Part shown: positions 32,907-43,484 of the stretch, piece by piece
How positions within the stretch are numbered: position 1 is the stretch's first letter
Layout: each line of letters opens with the position of its first letter
Assembly (NCBI GenBank): GCA_000146045.2
Contig: BK006936.2
Coordinates: 384,001 to 448,000, forward strand
Source: TPA_inf: Saccharomyces
Lineage: Eukaryota
Direction of reading: 5' to 3'
Length of the DNA: 64,000 nt
The notes under the pieces: generated by a model
The model's input: only the letters and a program-made list of their open reading frames with translations
Database searches by the model: none
Told to the model about the DNA's origin: nothing
Position numbers and translations under genes: made by a program

Positions 32907-34906
32907 TCAGTTGGATGAAGAAAAAAGTCATTTTCTCGACTTCTCTTCACCTTTCGATCGATTTGATTTTGGCCGCCAACTTGTTTATAGAAAAAAAATA
33001 GTAGGAAGGTTATGTATCGCTTTCTTTTATTTTTTATTATAGAGTATAACTGAATAAATTTGTAAATCAGCCACTGTTGTTCGATTGCTTTTTGGGGAAG
33101 TGAACTTGAGACCTTTAACTTTCGGCTTTCAGATGGTTGGATAGCAATTTTCACACAATTTGGACATTGTCTCCAAGTTTTCCACAATGATGAAGGTTCT
33201 TTGTTAAGTGCATTCCCCCCCTTTTAAGTACCTTGGCTATCAATTTTATACCCATTTTTCGTATTTACCATTTAATTAACGATCCAATTATTAGCGTTAA
33301 TTACGGAAGCGCCAATGAATTTTTAGAAATCAGAACCATAGTTTTGAGCTCAACGGAACTATCCAGGATAATTTCTCAAAGCTTTATCAAGATGAGCATA
33401 ATTTTCCTTTCGGGGTGTAGACCTTATAAGAGCTTCCGCGTTTTTGTTCTACATTCCATTGAGAAATTTGTTGCCAAAGTTTGCCAATGATCAATGGTAA
33501 ACATAACGGTTCTAAGACTCAACCTTCACTATTTGGAGAGTGATGCTTCAAGATAAGCATCCTGATCCATTTTATAATATTTGTTAGGGTTTTCGAGAAC
33601 TTAGATAAGAATCAATTATTGTCAGTATTATTACATTTTGGTTTTTAATTTTAACATTTTATTTTTATTTTTTTGACAATTCTCAAATAAATTTCATAGC
33701 AAAAAGGGAGAAAGATTTCAGAAGAATACAAACTTAGGACCTTCTTATGACTATTTCCAACATTCTCATCGTCCTCTCAACGGGATAAAAGTTCAGTTCC
33801 TGTTAAAAAAGAATAATTCTTACTGAGAATGAAGTATTCAAAGAAATTTAATATTTTTGAAATATTTTTTGGGATTGCGCAAACATATGCCCTCTCAAAA
33901 GCAAGACAAAAATTTAGCAAACTTTATAACGATTACACCATTATTTTCTCATAATTTTCGCTAGACATTTCTACAGTACTTGTGGACGTTGGAAATGAAA
34001 GACATAGTATGAAAAAGATGATCAATTTTTCGCAATTGGTTGAGTAAATTTCAGGTCTTTTTTGGGGATATTTTTCAACTGAGAAATTCAAAACTGACAA
34101 GAATTAAAAATGAGAAAAGATTGCGAGCTTTTCTATTCATGTGATACATCGCCTTTTAATTATATATAGTCATGTTTAAGGGATTTTAGAGGGTAAAACA
34201 AGTTATTGAAAGGGTCCGTAGTCGGCTGCGCAGGAAATGCCCTTTCATAGAGCGGACGTACCACAACGCGCATGTAGTTGAGCGCCGTTCCTGCTCTGAT
34301 CATACTATACTAGACAGGGAAAAATCCATTTTTAAAACGTGTGACTGTTTTCCCTGTCGGTCCCGAAGTAAGATGAGGTTGCCTAATGAATAGCAGCAAA
34401 CGATACTTTCAGTATTCGTCCTTTAAAGAATTTTGCACTTTTGACCAAGACCTCTGATTTGCGAGACCTCCCAGTTCGGATGCTTTAAGACACCTCCAAA
34501 TCTCTAGAAAACTCAACTACAATGCGTCCAGGTATAGAGACGAAATTAATTAAATGAAAAACTTATACGTATACGAACTATCTACCAGCCTGTAATTCAC
34601 TTATTTAGAATATTTATTTAAATTTTTTTTAAAAACATCAAAAGCAGACGGACAAACGTTTTAAACCAATGACAGGGTCATGGTAATAATAATAGCTTTA
34701 TCTTTTTTTATTTCTTTCACTTTCGGTTGGTGAAATCAAGTACTTAAAAGACCTAACAAACTCTACAATTTGCGCCTTTCTTTCCCCTAATAGAACATGT
34801 TAGATTTATAAGCGAAAACGGAAAAGAAAACTACAGCCCAGCAATAAGAGTGCAAATCAAAGTGTGCATGAAGTGACTCGTATCGAACAAATATTTAGCC
34901 ACTCGT

Positions 34907-35164
34907 TCAAGCCTGGCCGGCCAAATCCAAAAGATAATCTTTGGCCTCACCAATGATATTAGCGATGACTTCGCCGTCCTTTAGCACATAACCATGTGAT
35001 TTATCCTCGCTTAAAACTGTTTGAATTTCATAGTTCTTTTTCTCTTGCTTCTTCAAAAACTCCTGGTACCCACTGACTGTCGTCAGTTCAACAGGTGCGC
35101 TTTGCAAGAAAGAACCGGTAGAATGAGTAAAATTTGTGCTTTGTTTGTATAGAGCAGATGACAT
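34907..35164 (-). CDS. YBR085C-A: Small protein of unknown function, 85 aa
   Basis: ATG-initiated 85-aa ORF (MSSALYKQSTNFTHSTGSFLQ...) standing alone in the intergenic region. Recalled as the annotated YBR085C-A. Confidence 0.7.
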   Translation of the reverse strand: MSSALYKQSTNFTHSTGSFLQSAPVELTTVSGYQEFLKKQEKKNYEIQTVLSEDKSHGYVLKDGEVIANIIGEAKDYLLDLAGQA

Positions 35165-36200
35165 GTTATAGTATAATGTAATTTATTGTAGTTGGTAACT
35201 TGAGCCCCTATCGAATGAAGAGTGCGCCGCTTTCCCTTATACAAACTGGAGCCGCAAGTCCTTTGTCCCTTTTATAATAATGAGATGATCCGGTGATAAC
35301 TACTTATTGCCAGAAAAAGCCCAGATCAGATAATTAATGGGGGCAAACCAAAACAAGAAAAAAAACCGCGAAATGAAGTGCGGGTCAAAAAGAGGAAAAA
35401 GGAATATGGATAACATGTATGCGCGCACTGACGTAACTGCACGTACTTCAGAAGCAACATATATTCAACAAAACTAAGCAAGAAGATATTATTAGCTGTA
35501 ACTATATCACATTTAGACTTACCCCTATCGTTCATACTTCCCACTGCAACCCTAGTTGTAGTTCTGCTAATAGTCGGCCAATCTTGAACATGTACTGTAA
35601 GGCCCAAAAGGGCTCCAGGGATGCCCTTCTACAAAGCATTTCACATGCTAATAAAAGCCCCGTTACATAATAACATCTCCCGCCCACAAAAGCGTTTGAT
35701 CCTGTTTTTCTATTTGCTTCCATAAAAAATCGGATCACATTTCCTTTTCTTCCGCCTTAGATCTGCACCGAGATCTTTTGCGCTCTATTTTACCCCTAGA
35801 AACTGGACCCGGCCTAGAATCTTTCACTGCCACCAGAGAGTTTTAGCCTCGCTCTCTTTTAATTTGCTGAAAAAGGGTTTCCTGATAGAAGCCGCGGTTA
35901 ATAGAAAAACGGCAAAAAAGTTATGGTCGGTATGTTCTACCCCCCTGGATATAATCGTGTGACTAACATACGTAATGAATCCTAGCTGTGACTCCTCTCG
36001 AACGAAGAAGAAAGAGGCAATGCATGCGTAGAAACTAAATCTTGAGATTTCTGTTTGATGAAAACACTGCACAAGGTAAAATGAATTATTCTTTTAAAAT
36101 TAGAGATACATAAAACATACACTTGATAGAAAGAAGAATACATATTAATTTAATGTCACCATATTATAAAAATAAAATTTGTTATCGTCCTAGCTTTTTT

Positions 36201-39041
36201 TTAAAGCTTCTTTTTCAGCTTATGCAATAGCCCCTTTTTATGTTTTGGTTTTTCCTTTGCCGCCGATGAAGAGGAAGAGGATTCGGTTGTCTTAGAATTG
36301 TTCGTGACATTCTTCACTCCAGCATCACGATGGCGGTGGTGGTGATGATGATGGTGGGGCTGAGTAGCATCTGTAGTAGTAGTAGTAGTAGTATTGTTAT
36401 TAGATGGTCTCGCAGAATCCTTAGTTTCCTTCGTGGAAATAGATCTTGATGGGCCATTTTTCGTGCTTACTTCAGTCTTTTTTGTTTGTTCAGTAGCCAC
36501 TGAAACCTTCGATTGGTTATCGTTAACAGCTGCGTTGACAACAGGCTTAATATTTGCATCTTTAATGAGTGGAGTCTTAGTGGCAGCATCGTCTTTGGCC
36601 TGGGTATTTTCGTTATTTTCGCCACCAGTAACAGCAATTTTGGGTATTTGATCAATTTTTCTACTTAGTGCATCAACGGCGTCACCATCTGGCAAAAGCT
36701 TACTTTCCGTGCCTAAGGTGTTGTTATTGGTGGCGTTGGAAGATTCTGCACTGGATTTCGCATCCCTAATGGATTTACCGTCCTCATCAAACCTTAAGTA
36801 GTAATTTTTAGATGTTGGAATTGTTTCTGGTAAAGTGGCGCCCGCAACACCATATGAGCCAACGGTAGGCACCTTCACCAAAGAATTTCTTTTTTCAGTA
36901 CTTTCTGTGGCCAATGGCTTTTTACCAGCAGATCCGGCTGTATCGTTATCAACAGCTTTGACTACACCGGTTTTGCTGCTAGAAGAAGAAGAAGATAATG
37001 AAGGCGAGGAGGCTGAGGATAAAGAAGACGGATCATTGTTGGCATGAGTGGCAGCATGTGCCTCATATCCATTGGCAGAAGAGGCAGGCTGTTTCTCACC
37101 GAGTTCTTGGTGCAACTTCTCATTCGCAGACCCTTTTCTTTGAACTAGTTCTTTTTCGTTATTCGAATTAAATTCAGGGGAGGGAATTTTTTCAAAGACT
37201 TCTTGTTTTGGTGGGTTTTGCACGTTAACTACATGCTTTGGCACAATGCCATTTGCAACGTCATCATGGGAAGATTTCAAAATACTAGAGAAAAGGAAGA
37301 AAATAGCAACACTAACATGCTCAATAAAAACAGCATATAGTACAATATTTATCCACGAGTGGTTTATTGGATTTGCTAGGTACCAAGCTTTATTCGTATG
37401 GATGGAAGTATGAGCGCCGACACCTGGTATATTACAGCTCTGGTACATATAGGTCAAAGTAGCAGTGATAACACAACCTAAGATGGAGAACATAACTAAG
37501 ACAGAGTTCCATAGACCAACCGTCAGTTTTTGGGTATTAGACACAGAGGATGGCTTATCGTAGATTGGAAATGGAAAATACTCAGGTTTACTATAAAGCA
37601 CAGCTTTCCTCAAATCGACTTGGTAAACAATCAAATTGACTATCAAACAGATAAATGGAGCTAGTGGCCAAATTGTAGAAAACATAACAAGATACCCGAA
37701 TTGTAGAAGAAGCTTTTTGAAGTTGGCGTCCAAATCAAATGTTGCTCCCCAGGGGTCTGTTTGGTACGACTTAACCTTTGACCAAATTTTCATATCTGAT
37801 GAGCTGAGTTGAGCTTTACCGATTTCACTCTCAGCTTTGACAAAGTTAGGATTTGGTCCATTAATTTTCTGCTGAGCAATGCTAACAAGGCTTGGAACAA
37901 AGTTTTCCATGCTAAATTGAATCAGTTGGTTGATAACAATAAAGTAGAAAAATTGATCTTCATAGCGCTTTGTATCAATAATAAAATCTGAATCATGGGT
38001 AGGTAAACGGGCCAATATTGAAAAGGCATTGAAAACCTTAGTTCTTATTTCTGCGGTCAACAAATGCCCCATTGGCAGATAAAGAAATAGTGTAATTAAT
38101 AGGGGAACGTAACTGGATAGAAAAATAATAACAAAGTTCTTAGCTTCTTTAGATTTCTTTGCATTCACAACACTGCTATGATTTTCCCACTTTGTCATTG
38201 GTTCTACGAAATATTTGTTGTAAATCACAGTTAAAACCGGAGTAAACGTGCAAATAAGTATAGTAGGCAAAAAAGACAAGATGGAAATCATTGGGCCGTT
38301 ATAAATTTGCTTGATGAAAATTTCCAACGCAAAACAATATAGCTGGAATGATAGTAATATTGCGCCAAACAACAAAGCCACAGGAATAAAACAACATTTC
38401 TTCAACATGATAACCGAACTAGCTTTTTTTTGGGCTTTCTGTTTATCTTGAAGAAACTCAATGGTAGAAAATGATGAGTATTTACTCAGTCTATCAGACC
38501 AAAATGGTTCATATTTATAAAGCCAAAAGGCTGTAAATGACAATGTCCATAGGATGGCGAACAGCGAGTATGTGGAATTGAATTCATACGTAAAATTAGA
38601 TAAAAATCTAATTGATAATCCAAAAAAGGAGAAGGGAATCAACCATTTTATATAGTTCTGTAAGAATGCAAAATATAAGGATTGTTTGGGATTATTGGTC
38701 AAATTCGATAGGTTGTACAACTCATACTGTTTTGGAGCCTCCAGTATTTTTGATTTGCTGATAGAAATCAGTTTATGCAAATCATCGGACAATTCAGTAT
38801 CATGATATGGTATGATGGATTCAATGAAGTCCAGATTCTGCAAAAATGAAAAAAGCGGTTTCGCATTATCCTGATGGATTCTAATAAACGCATAGCTTGT
38901 TTGCAGATCATGGCCAGGTTCGATAATAGAATGTATATTCAAACGTTTGAATTCGACATTCAAACTCTTCTCGTTTGCACTCGAAGTTTTATTGAATACA
39001 ATAACACAATTCGGATCTAGAGATGTAATTGTCTGCGACAT
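36201..39041 (-). CDS. IST2: ER-plasma membrane tethering protein, TMEM16/anoctamin homologue, 946 aa
   Basis: 946 aa with ~8 TM segments in the N-terminal 590 aa. A long disordered Ser/Thr/Asn-rich tail follows, with a poly-His run and a terminal basic patch ...KEKPKHKKGLLHKLKKKL (cortical sorting signal). Confidence 0.92.
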   Translation of the reverse strand: MSQTITSLDPNCVIVFNKTSSANEKSLNVEFKRLNIHSIIEPGHDLQTSYAFIRIHQDNAKPLFSFLQNLDFIESIIPYHDTELSDDLHKLISISKSKILEAPKQYELYNLSNLTNNPKQSLYFAFLQNYIKWLIPFSFFGLSIRFLSNFTYEFNSTYSLFAILWTLSFTAFWLYKYEPFWSDRLSKYSSFSTIEFLQDKQKAQKKASSVIMLKKCCFIPVALLFGAILLSFQLYCFALEIFIKQIYNGPMISILSFLPTILICTFTPVLTVIYNKYFVEPMTKWENHSSVVNAKKSKEAKNFVIIFLSSYVPLLITLFLYLPMGHLLTAEIRTKVFNAFSILARLPTHDSDFIIDTKRYEDQFFYFIVINQLIQFSMENFVPSLVSIAQQKINGPNPNFVKAESEIGKAQLSSSDMKIWSKVKSYQTDPWGATFDLDANFKKLLLQFGYLVMFSTIWPLAPFICLIVNLIVYQVDLRKAVLYSKPEYFPFPIYDKPSSVSNTQKLTVGLWNSVLVMFSILGCVITATLTYMYQSCNIPGVGAHTSIHTNKAWYLANPINHSWINIVLYAVFIEHVSVAIFFLFSSILKSSHDDVANGIVPKHVVNVQNPPKQEVFEKIPSPEFNSNNEKELVQRKGSANEKLHQELGEKQPASSANGYEAHAATHANNDPSSLSSASSPSLSSSSSSSKTGVVKAVDNDTAGSAGKKPLATESTEKRNSLVKVPTVGSYGVAGATLPETIPTSKNYYLRFDEDGKSIRDAKSSAESSNATNNNTLGTESKLLPDGDAVDALSRKIDQIPKIAVTGGENNENTQAKDDAATKTPLIKDANIKPVVNAAVNDNQSKVSVATEQTKKTEVSTKNGPSRSISTKETKDSARPSNNNTTTTTTTDATQPHHHHHHHRHRDAGVKNVTNNSKTTESSSSSSAAKEKPKHKKGLLHKLKKKL

Positions 39042-39764
39042 AGTATGCTCAACCGCTTGTGCTTGTTTTAATCTTTTTCAAATGTATTTGACAAATTAGC
39101 CATAAATCGACCGAAACAGTATTCACCTTCAAAAATGTTAATGATGGTGAGAACGGTTATTGGAGCGACTGTTCAAATATCTTTTCCAGCCCCCTATTTC
39201 CAGCTTCCCTTATAGAAATAATTGCAACGGGGAAAAAAGGGATATTTCTTAATGAAGTCAATAATAGCTGCAAAAAGAAAACTATTTTTCAGTTGAAAAA
39301 TATGGAAAGTGCTTATTTATCAGAAAGCTTTTACAGTCTTTCACACTGATGTAGTGGTGGAATCTTTTTGTTTTGAAAACAACAGAGAAAAAAAAAAGAT
39401 AAAAAAAAGTGCCCTTGTTTGTTTTCGTCCCTAGAAGGAAAAAAAAAGAGAAGTTTCTCGCAGAGTGAAAAAAAATGTCAAGAAAAGATCCTACAAGAAC
39501 AAATTATGCGCAATAATATGCTTCGTGCTGTTTTAGGATCTTGGAGTCAGAAATAAAATAGTTTTGTAAATTTATGTAAGATGCTGTAGTCAAATTTATG
39601 TATCGAGTCTATGCATATGTACACCGTGTTGAGGAATCTTTTCTAGAAGCACTGCGGTGTCGCCTCTTGAATATTTTAACGCGATTTTTTATTCCTTGGA
39701 ACATAAAATAGACTTTTCATTTGTATGATGGTTCATGGAAATTATAGATTAGTACAGCACAAAC

Positions 39765-40829
39765 ATGTCATTGTGGGTAGATAAATACAGACCTAAGTCC
39801 TTGAATGCTCTTTCACATAATGAAGAGTTGACAAATTTTCTAAAATCGTTATCTGATCAGCCTCGTGATTTACCTCATCTTTTACTGTATGGACCAAATG
39901 GTACAGGTAAGAAAACGCGTTGTATGGCATTATTGGAGTCCATATTTGGACCTGGAGTCTATAGATTGAAAATTGATGTCAGACAATTTGTCACTGCTTC
40001 GAACAGAAAACTAGAACTGAATGTGGTCAGCTCGCCATACCATTTAGAGATCACGCCAAGTGATATGGGTAACAATGATAGAATTGTCATCCAAGAACTA
40101 TTGAAAGAAGTGGCTCAAATGGAACAAGTGGACTTTCAAGATTCTAAGGATGGACTTGCCCATAGATATAAGTGTGTTATTATCAACGAGGCGAACTCGT
40201 TAACAAAAGATGCTCAAGCTGCTTTAAGACGTACCATGGAAAAATACTCCAAAAACATTAGGTTGATAATGGTCTGCGATTCGATGTCGCCTATAATTGC
40301 TCCTATCAAATCCCGTTGTCTGTTGATTCGTTGTCCTGCACCAAGCGATAGCGAAATTTCAACTATCTTGTCTGATGTGGTGACAAATGAAAGAATACAA
40401 CTAGAAACAAAGGATATTTTAAAAAGAATTGCTCAGGCATCGAATGGAAACTTGCGAGTCTCCCTATTAATGCTTGAATCTATGGCACTGAACAACGAAT
40501 TAGCATTGAAAAGCAGTAGCCCTATAATAAAACCAGATTGGATTATAGTGATCCATAAATTAACGAGGAAAATCGTTAAAGAGAGATCTGTCAATTCTTT
40601 AATCGAATGCAGAGCTGTCCTATACGATTTACTAGCTCATTGTATACCTGCCAATATCATCTTAAAGGAACTAACGTTTTCTTTGTTGGATGTGGAAACC
40701 CTGAATACCACGAATAAATCGTCCATAATTGAATACTCAAGTGTTTTTGACGAAAGATTATCACTTGGAAACAAAGCAATATTCCATTTGGAAGGGTTCA
40801 TAGCAAAAGTTATGTGCTGTCTAGATTAA
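39765..40829 (+). CDS. RFC5: Replication factor C subunit 5 (AAA+ clamp loader), 354 aa
   Basis: MSLWVDKYRPKSL...LLLYGPNGTGKKTR Walker A and RFC box motifs (YBR087W). Confidence 0.92.
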   Translation: MSLWVDKYRPKSLNALSHNEELTNFLKSLSDQPRDLPHLLLYGPNGTGKKTRCMALLESIFGPGVYRLKIDVRQFVTASNRKLELNVVSSPYHLEITPSDMGNNDRIVIQELLKEVAQMEQVDFQDSKDGLAHRYKCVIINEANSLTKDAQAALRRTMEKYSKNIRLIMVCDSMSPIIAPIKSRCLLIRCPAPSDSEISTILSDVVTNERIQLETKDILKRIAQASNGNLRVSLLMLESMALNNELALKSSSPIIKPDWIIVIHKLTRKIVKERSVNSLIECRAVLYDLLAHCIPANIILKELTFSLLDVETLNTTNKSSIIEYSSVFDERLSLGNKAIFHLEGFIAKVMCCLD

Positions 40830-40989
40830 TGTAAGATATGTCATAAATACTGTATAAGTCACACAAAAAGCTGATATTTAACGCATCTTAGTCTTTATTT
40901 TCTTTGTTATTTATTTTCATTTAAAACAAACTTTACTGTTTTTTTTTTGTTTATTATTTTTAGTATACAACTATATAGATAATTTACAT

Positions 40990-41766
40990 TTATTCTTCGT
41001 CATTAAATTTAGGAGCCAAGAAAAACTGTAGGAACCCACTCTTCAAATCAAATTGGAATAAAGCAGGAGCTTCGCTGGAGAGCCTGATACCAACTCTATC
41101 AGAAAGGGAGGAGCCCTTAATGATGTCCAATAAATATTTAGCTCCGAACGTCAAGTCGACAGGTTGATCCATTTCAAGTTTGATGCTTGTTTCAGGATGT
41201 TCCATATCCACGAATGGTTTTATTATGACTGAACCTGATCCGATATCACCGTCAGCTACAAACTTTATTGTTTCTTTGGTGATCATGATATTAATAGAAT
41301 CACTCAATTGGGACAAGTCACGAACAATTTTAGAGAATTCGGAAGATGGCAATGACAGGGTGGAGTCGTACTGTAATTCTTCAATCTTTAAGAAATCAGC
41401 ATCGATATCCATCAATTTCAGAGAGTATTCGGCTATACGGTCTTTCTTGGTATCCTCAAATAATAAGATGATGGAATCCGGTGTGTTGTCAGCAATTAGT
41501 GTTAATGTATCGGTGTTGTTACCACAACGTAGGATTTTACTTAGTGAGGTTAGATCCATACCTAACGTAACAGGATGGTCACATCTATATTCTTGGAAGG
41601 CTTCGACACCTATTTCCAAGGAGACCAATAGAACTCTTGAGTCATCGACAGCTTGTGCAATGATACCATCTTCTTTACATTGGAAATTGACCAACTGGAC
41701 ACAATCTTTGAAACCATCAATTATTCTCTTGAAAAGGGATGCTTCTTCAAATTTTGCTTCTAACAT
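40990..41766 (-). CDS. POL30: PCNA sliding clamp, 258 aa
   Basis: MLEAKFEEASLFKRIIDGFKDCVQLVNFQCKEDGIIAQAVDDSRVLLVSLEIG... is unmistakably PCNA. ATG at 41766. Confidence 0.95.
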   Translation of the reverse strand: MLEAKFEEASLFKRIIDGFKDCVQLVNFQCKEDGIIAQAVDDSRVLLVSLEIGVEAFQEYRCDHPVTLGMDLTSLSKILRCGNNTDTLTLIADNTPDSIILLFEDTKKDRIAEYSLKLMDIDADFLKIEELQYDSTLSLPSSEFSKIVRDLSQLSDSINIMITKETIKFVADGDIGSGSVIIKPFVDMEHPETSIKLEMDQPVDLTFGAKYLLDIIKGSSLSDRVGIRLSSEAPALFQFDLKSGFLQFFLAPKFNDEE

Positions 41767-41955
41767 TTTTTCTCTCTTTTGACTGCGTACTTAGTGCTTG
41801 CTGCTTGTTGCTGTGAGTGAAAAAGGACGGCGAAAGTGAAAGGTGCAAGTGGAAAGAAAGGAAGGCTAAAGCAAAAGTGTTTCTTATATATAATTTTATG
41901 TACCAGAGGAAGCAAAGTACGAAAACTATCAGTTGAAATCCAAAAAAAAAAAGTT

Positions 41956-41961
41956 ACGCGT
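41956..41961. promoter_or_regulatory. POL30: MCB element (ACGCGT, MBF site) in the POL30 promoter, with adjacent partial copy TCGCGT
   Basis: AAGTTACGCGTTTCGCGTTTTGG lies ~190 bp upstream of the POL30 ATG. PCNA is a classic MBF/MCB G1/S target. Confidence 0.75.
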
Positions 41962-42189
41962 TTCGCGTTTTGGTGCGTCGGATGGAGAAGAAAAATGCTA
42001 AATAATTAGATATTGAAGAATCAGCATAAGTTGTGCGAAAAAGGAAGAGAATACATAAAAGAAAAGAAGGATATATAAGTAAAATAATGATAATAGTAAT
42101 AATAATAACACATAATGCAACCTACTCAACTTCTTTCTGAAGTTTCAAAAGTACGTTGTATGGGAGGTAGAGAACATTGAGTTGTTAGA

Positions 42190-42489
42190 TCAAGCACGTG
42201 TAGCATTGTACAATTCCTTTTCAGATTCGTATCTCTTCTTGTCTGCTTGAGCCTTAGATTCATAGGGTTGCTTTTCTTCAGCAGTTAAGGCCTTCCACCT
42301 CTCACCCAATATTCTGCCTACTTGGCCAAAAGTTACGTCAGGATTCTCGGAACGGACAATGTCTCTGTTTTCATTAGCAAAGAACATATAAGCTGACAAG
42401 CCCCTCTTAGGGGCGTTAGGATCCTTCTTTCTCCTGGTGGTCCTCTTCTTTGGTTCCTTTGGTTGCTTTGCTTCTTTAGTTGCGGCCAT
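42190..42489 (-). CDS. NHP6B: HMGB-family chromatin protein, 99 aa
   Basis: [50 protein letters not shown]... is a single HMG box. NHP6B is the 99-aa paralogue (YBR089C-A). Confidence 0.92.
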
Positions 42490-42516
42490 AGCGCTAGTTT
42501 TATATATGTTAATGTT
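42333..42516 (-). CDS. YBR090C: YBR090C exon 2 (overlaps NHP6B CDS in the +1 frame); total spliced product 122 aa
   Basis: Branchpoint TACTAAC at 42535..42529, 3' splice site TTAG ending at 42517. Exon 2 reads [61 protein letters not shown] then stop. The spliced ORF is 61+61 = 122 aa, matching the length I recall for YBR090C. Confidence 0.7.
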
Positions 42517-42873
42517 CTAAGTTAATTAGTTAGTACTCTTGTCGTGCGCTATGATAAACAAAGGAAGGGGGTGCACAGAACAGCAGTCCTTTAGAGGATA
42601 CTACAGTAGAAAGCTAGAGTCCTGACTTACAACTTGAGCATGCCGTTATGGGCGGCTATTTCATTTCACCTGAACCGTATTAAAATATCATCTTCCTTGC
42701 TGCTACAACCTTCATTGTAGCCGGTTTATAAGATTACCATCATTGTCTACCCCTCTTTAACTTCTCCCGAAAAGCAGAGTTGCCCTTAGCTGTATCCTGT
42801 TCTAGCTGTGCTAAACTGTACGTTCTTATTAAGCCCATCCTCGTCCGCTGGGCTCACCCAGCGCCTTACATAC

Positions 42874-43058
42874 TTTGCGAAAAAGTCGTTTTTCTGCTTG
42901 GTGTTAGGAGCTGTCTCCCATAGTGTAAACTCCCAGTATTGCCTCAACCTCACTTGCTGTACTTTATAGTTGCCGCGCCACCTAAAAAAAAAAACAAAAA
43001 AGACACCACCTAAAAAAACGGGTGAGGGGAATGCACGTGACCCAGGTGCGGGTACCAT
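42874..43058 (-). CDS. YBR090C: YBR090C exon 1 (61 codons + 2 nt)
   Basis: ATG at 43058; ORF MVPAPGSRAFPSPVFLGG...NDFFA then AA|GTATGT with GTATGT at 42873..42868. Confidence 0.75.
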
Positions 43059-43154
43059 ATAAATGTACTTCTAAAATTGTCTACACAGCTTATAATGCTA
43101 TATATGCAGGTTACTATTATATACAAACAGCACAGACAGTCCTCATATTTACAG

Positions 43155-43484
43155 CTATTTTTTGGAATCATCAGCTATTTCTTTGGCCACAAATCGCGAA
43201 TAATGTCGTAGCTGATTCTCTGGCCCGAAACCTCGTGTTTGTACAAATCCTCCAATGAGGCGATTGCTGTAATGCATCTTTGCCACACATCTGTCTATGC
43301 AGCATTGCTCACCTTTCGTTAGATCAGGCTCACCAAAGCCCTCATGCGGAATACATTTCTCAAGACACGTACTGAGAATATTGTTGAAAGTCGAGCACAT
43401 CGCATCGAATTGCACTCCTGCAACGTCTAGCTTCTCTTGCGAGACCTCCTGGTTGCCCCTTAGACTATTTAAAAAGAACGACAT
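43155..43484 (-). CDS. TIM12: Small Tim (TIM22-associated) of the mitochondrial intermembrane space, 109 aa
   Basis: 109 aa with twin Cx3C motifs (CSTFNNILSTC...CCIDRC) typical of small Tims (YBR091C). Confidence 0.88.
   Translation of the reverse strand: MSFFLNSLRGNQEVSQEKLDVAGVQFDAMCSTFNNILSTCLEKCIPHEGFGEPDLTKGEQCCIDRCVAKMHYSNRLIGGFVQTRGFGPENQLRHYSRFVAKEIADDSKK

Noticed and set aside
33500-34700. Possible ARS (replication origin) in the AAC3 downstream gap
   Set aside because: The context (long convergent, AT-rich interval) is suggestive, but I could not find a full 11/11 ARS consensus match by eye and cannot run a PWM scan. It is left as a finding to test, not a feature.
41180-41782. 200-aa plus-strand ORF entirely antisense to POL30 (corresponds to a dubious YBR089W-type ORF)
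   Set aside because: Completely overlaps a highly conserved gene on the opposite strand, begins inside it, and has low-complexity composition. PCNA explains the open frame.
42490-42497. Alternative acceptor CTAG 8 nt upstream of the NHP6B ATG for the YBR090C intron (would give an in-frame YBR090C-Nhp6B fusion of ~162 aa)
   Set aside because: The first YAG after the branchpoint is the TTAG at 42517, and only that choice yields the 122-aa product I recall for YBR090C. The fusion remains a formal minor-isoform possibility, not a call.
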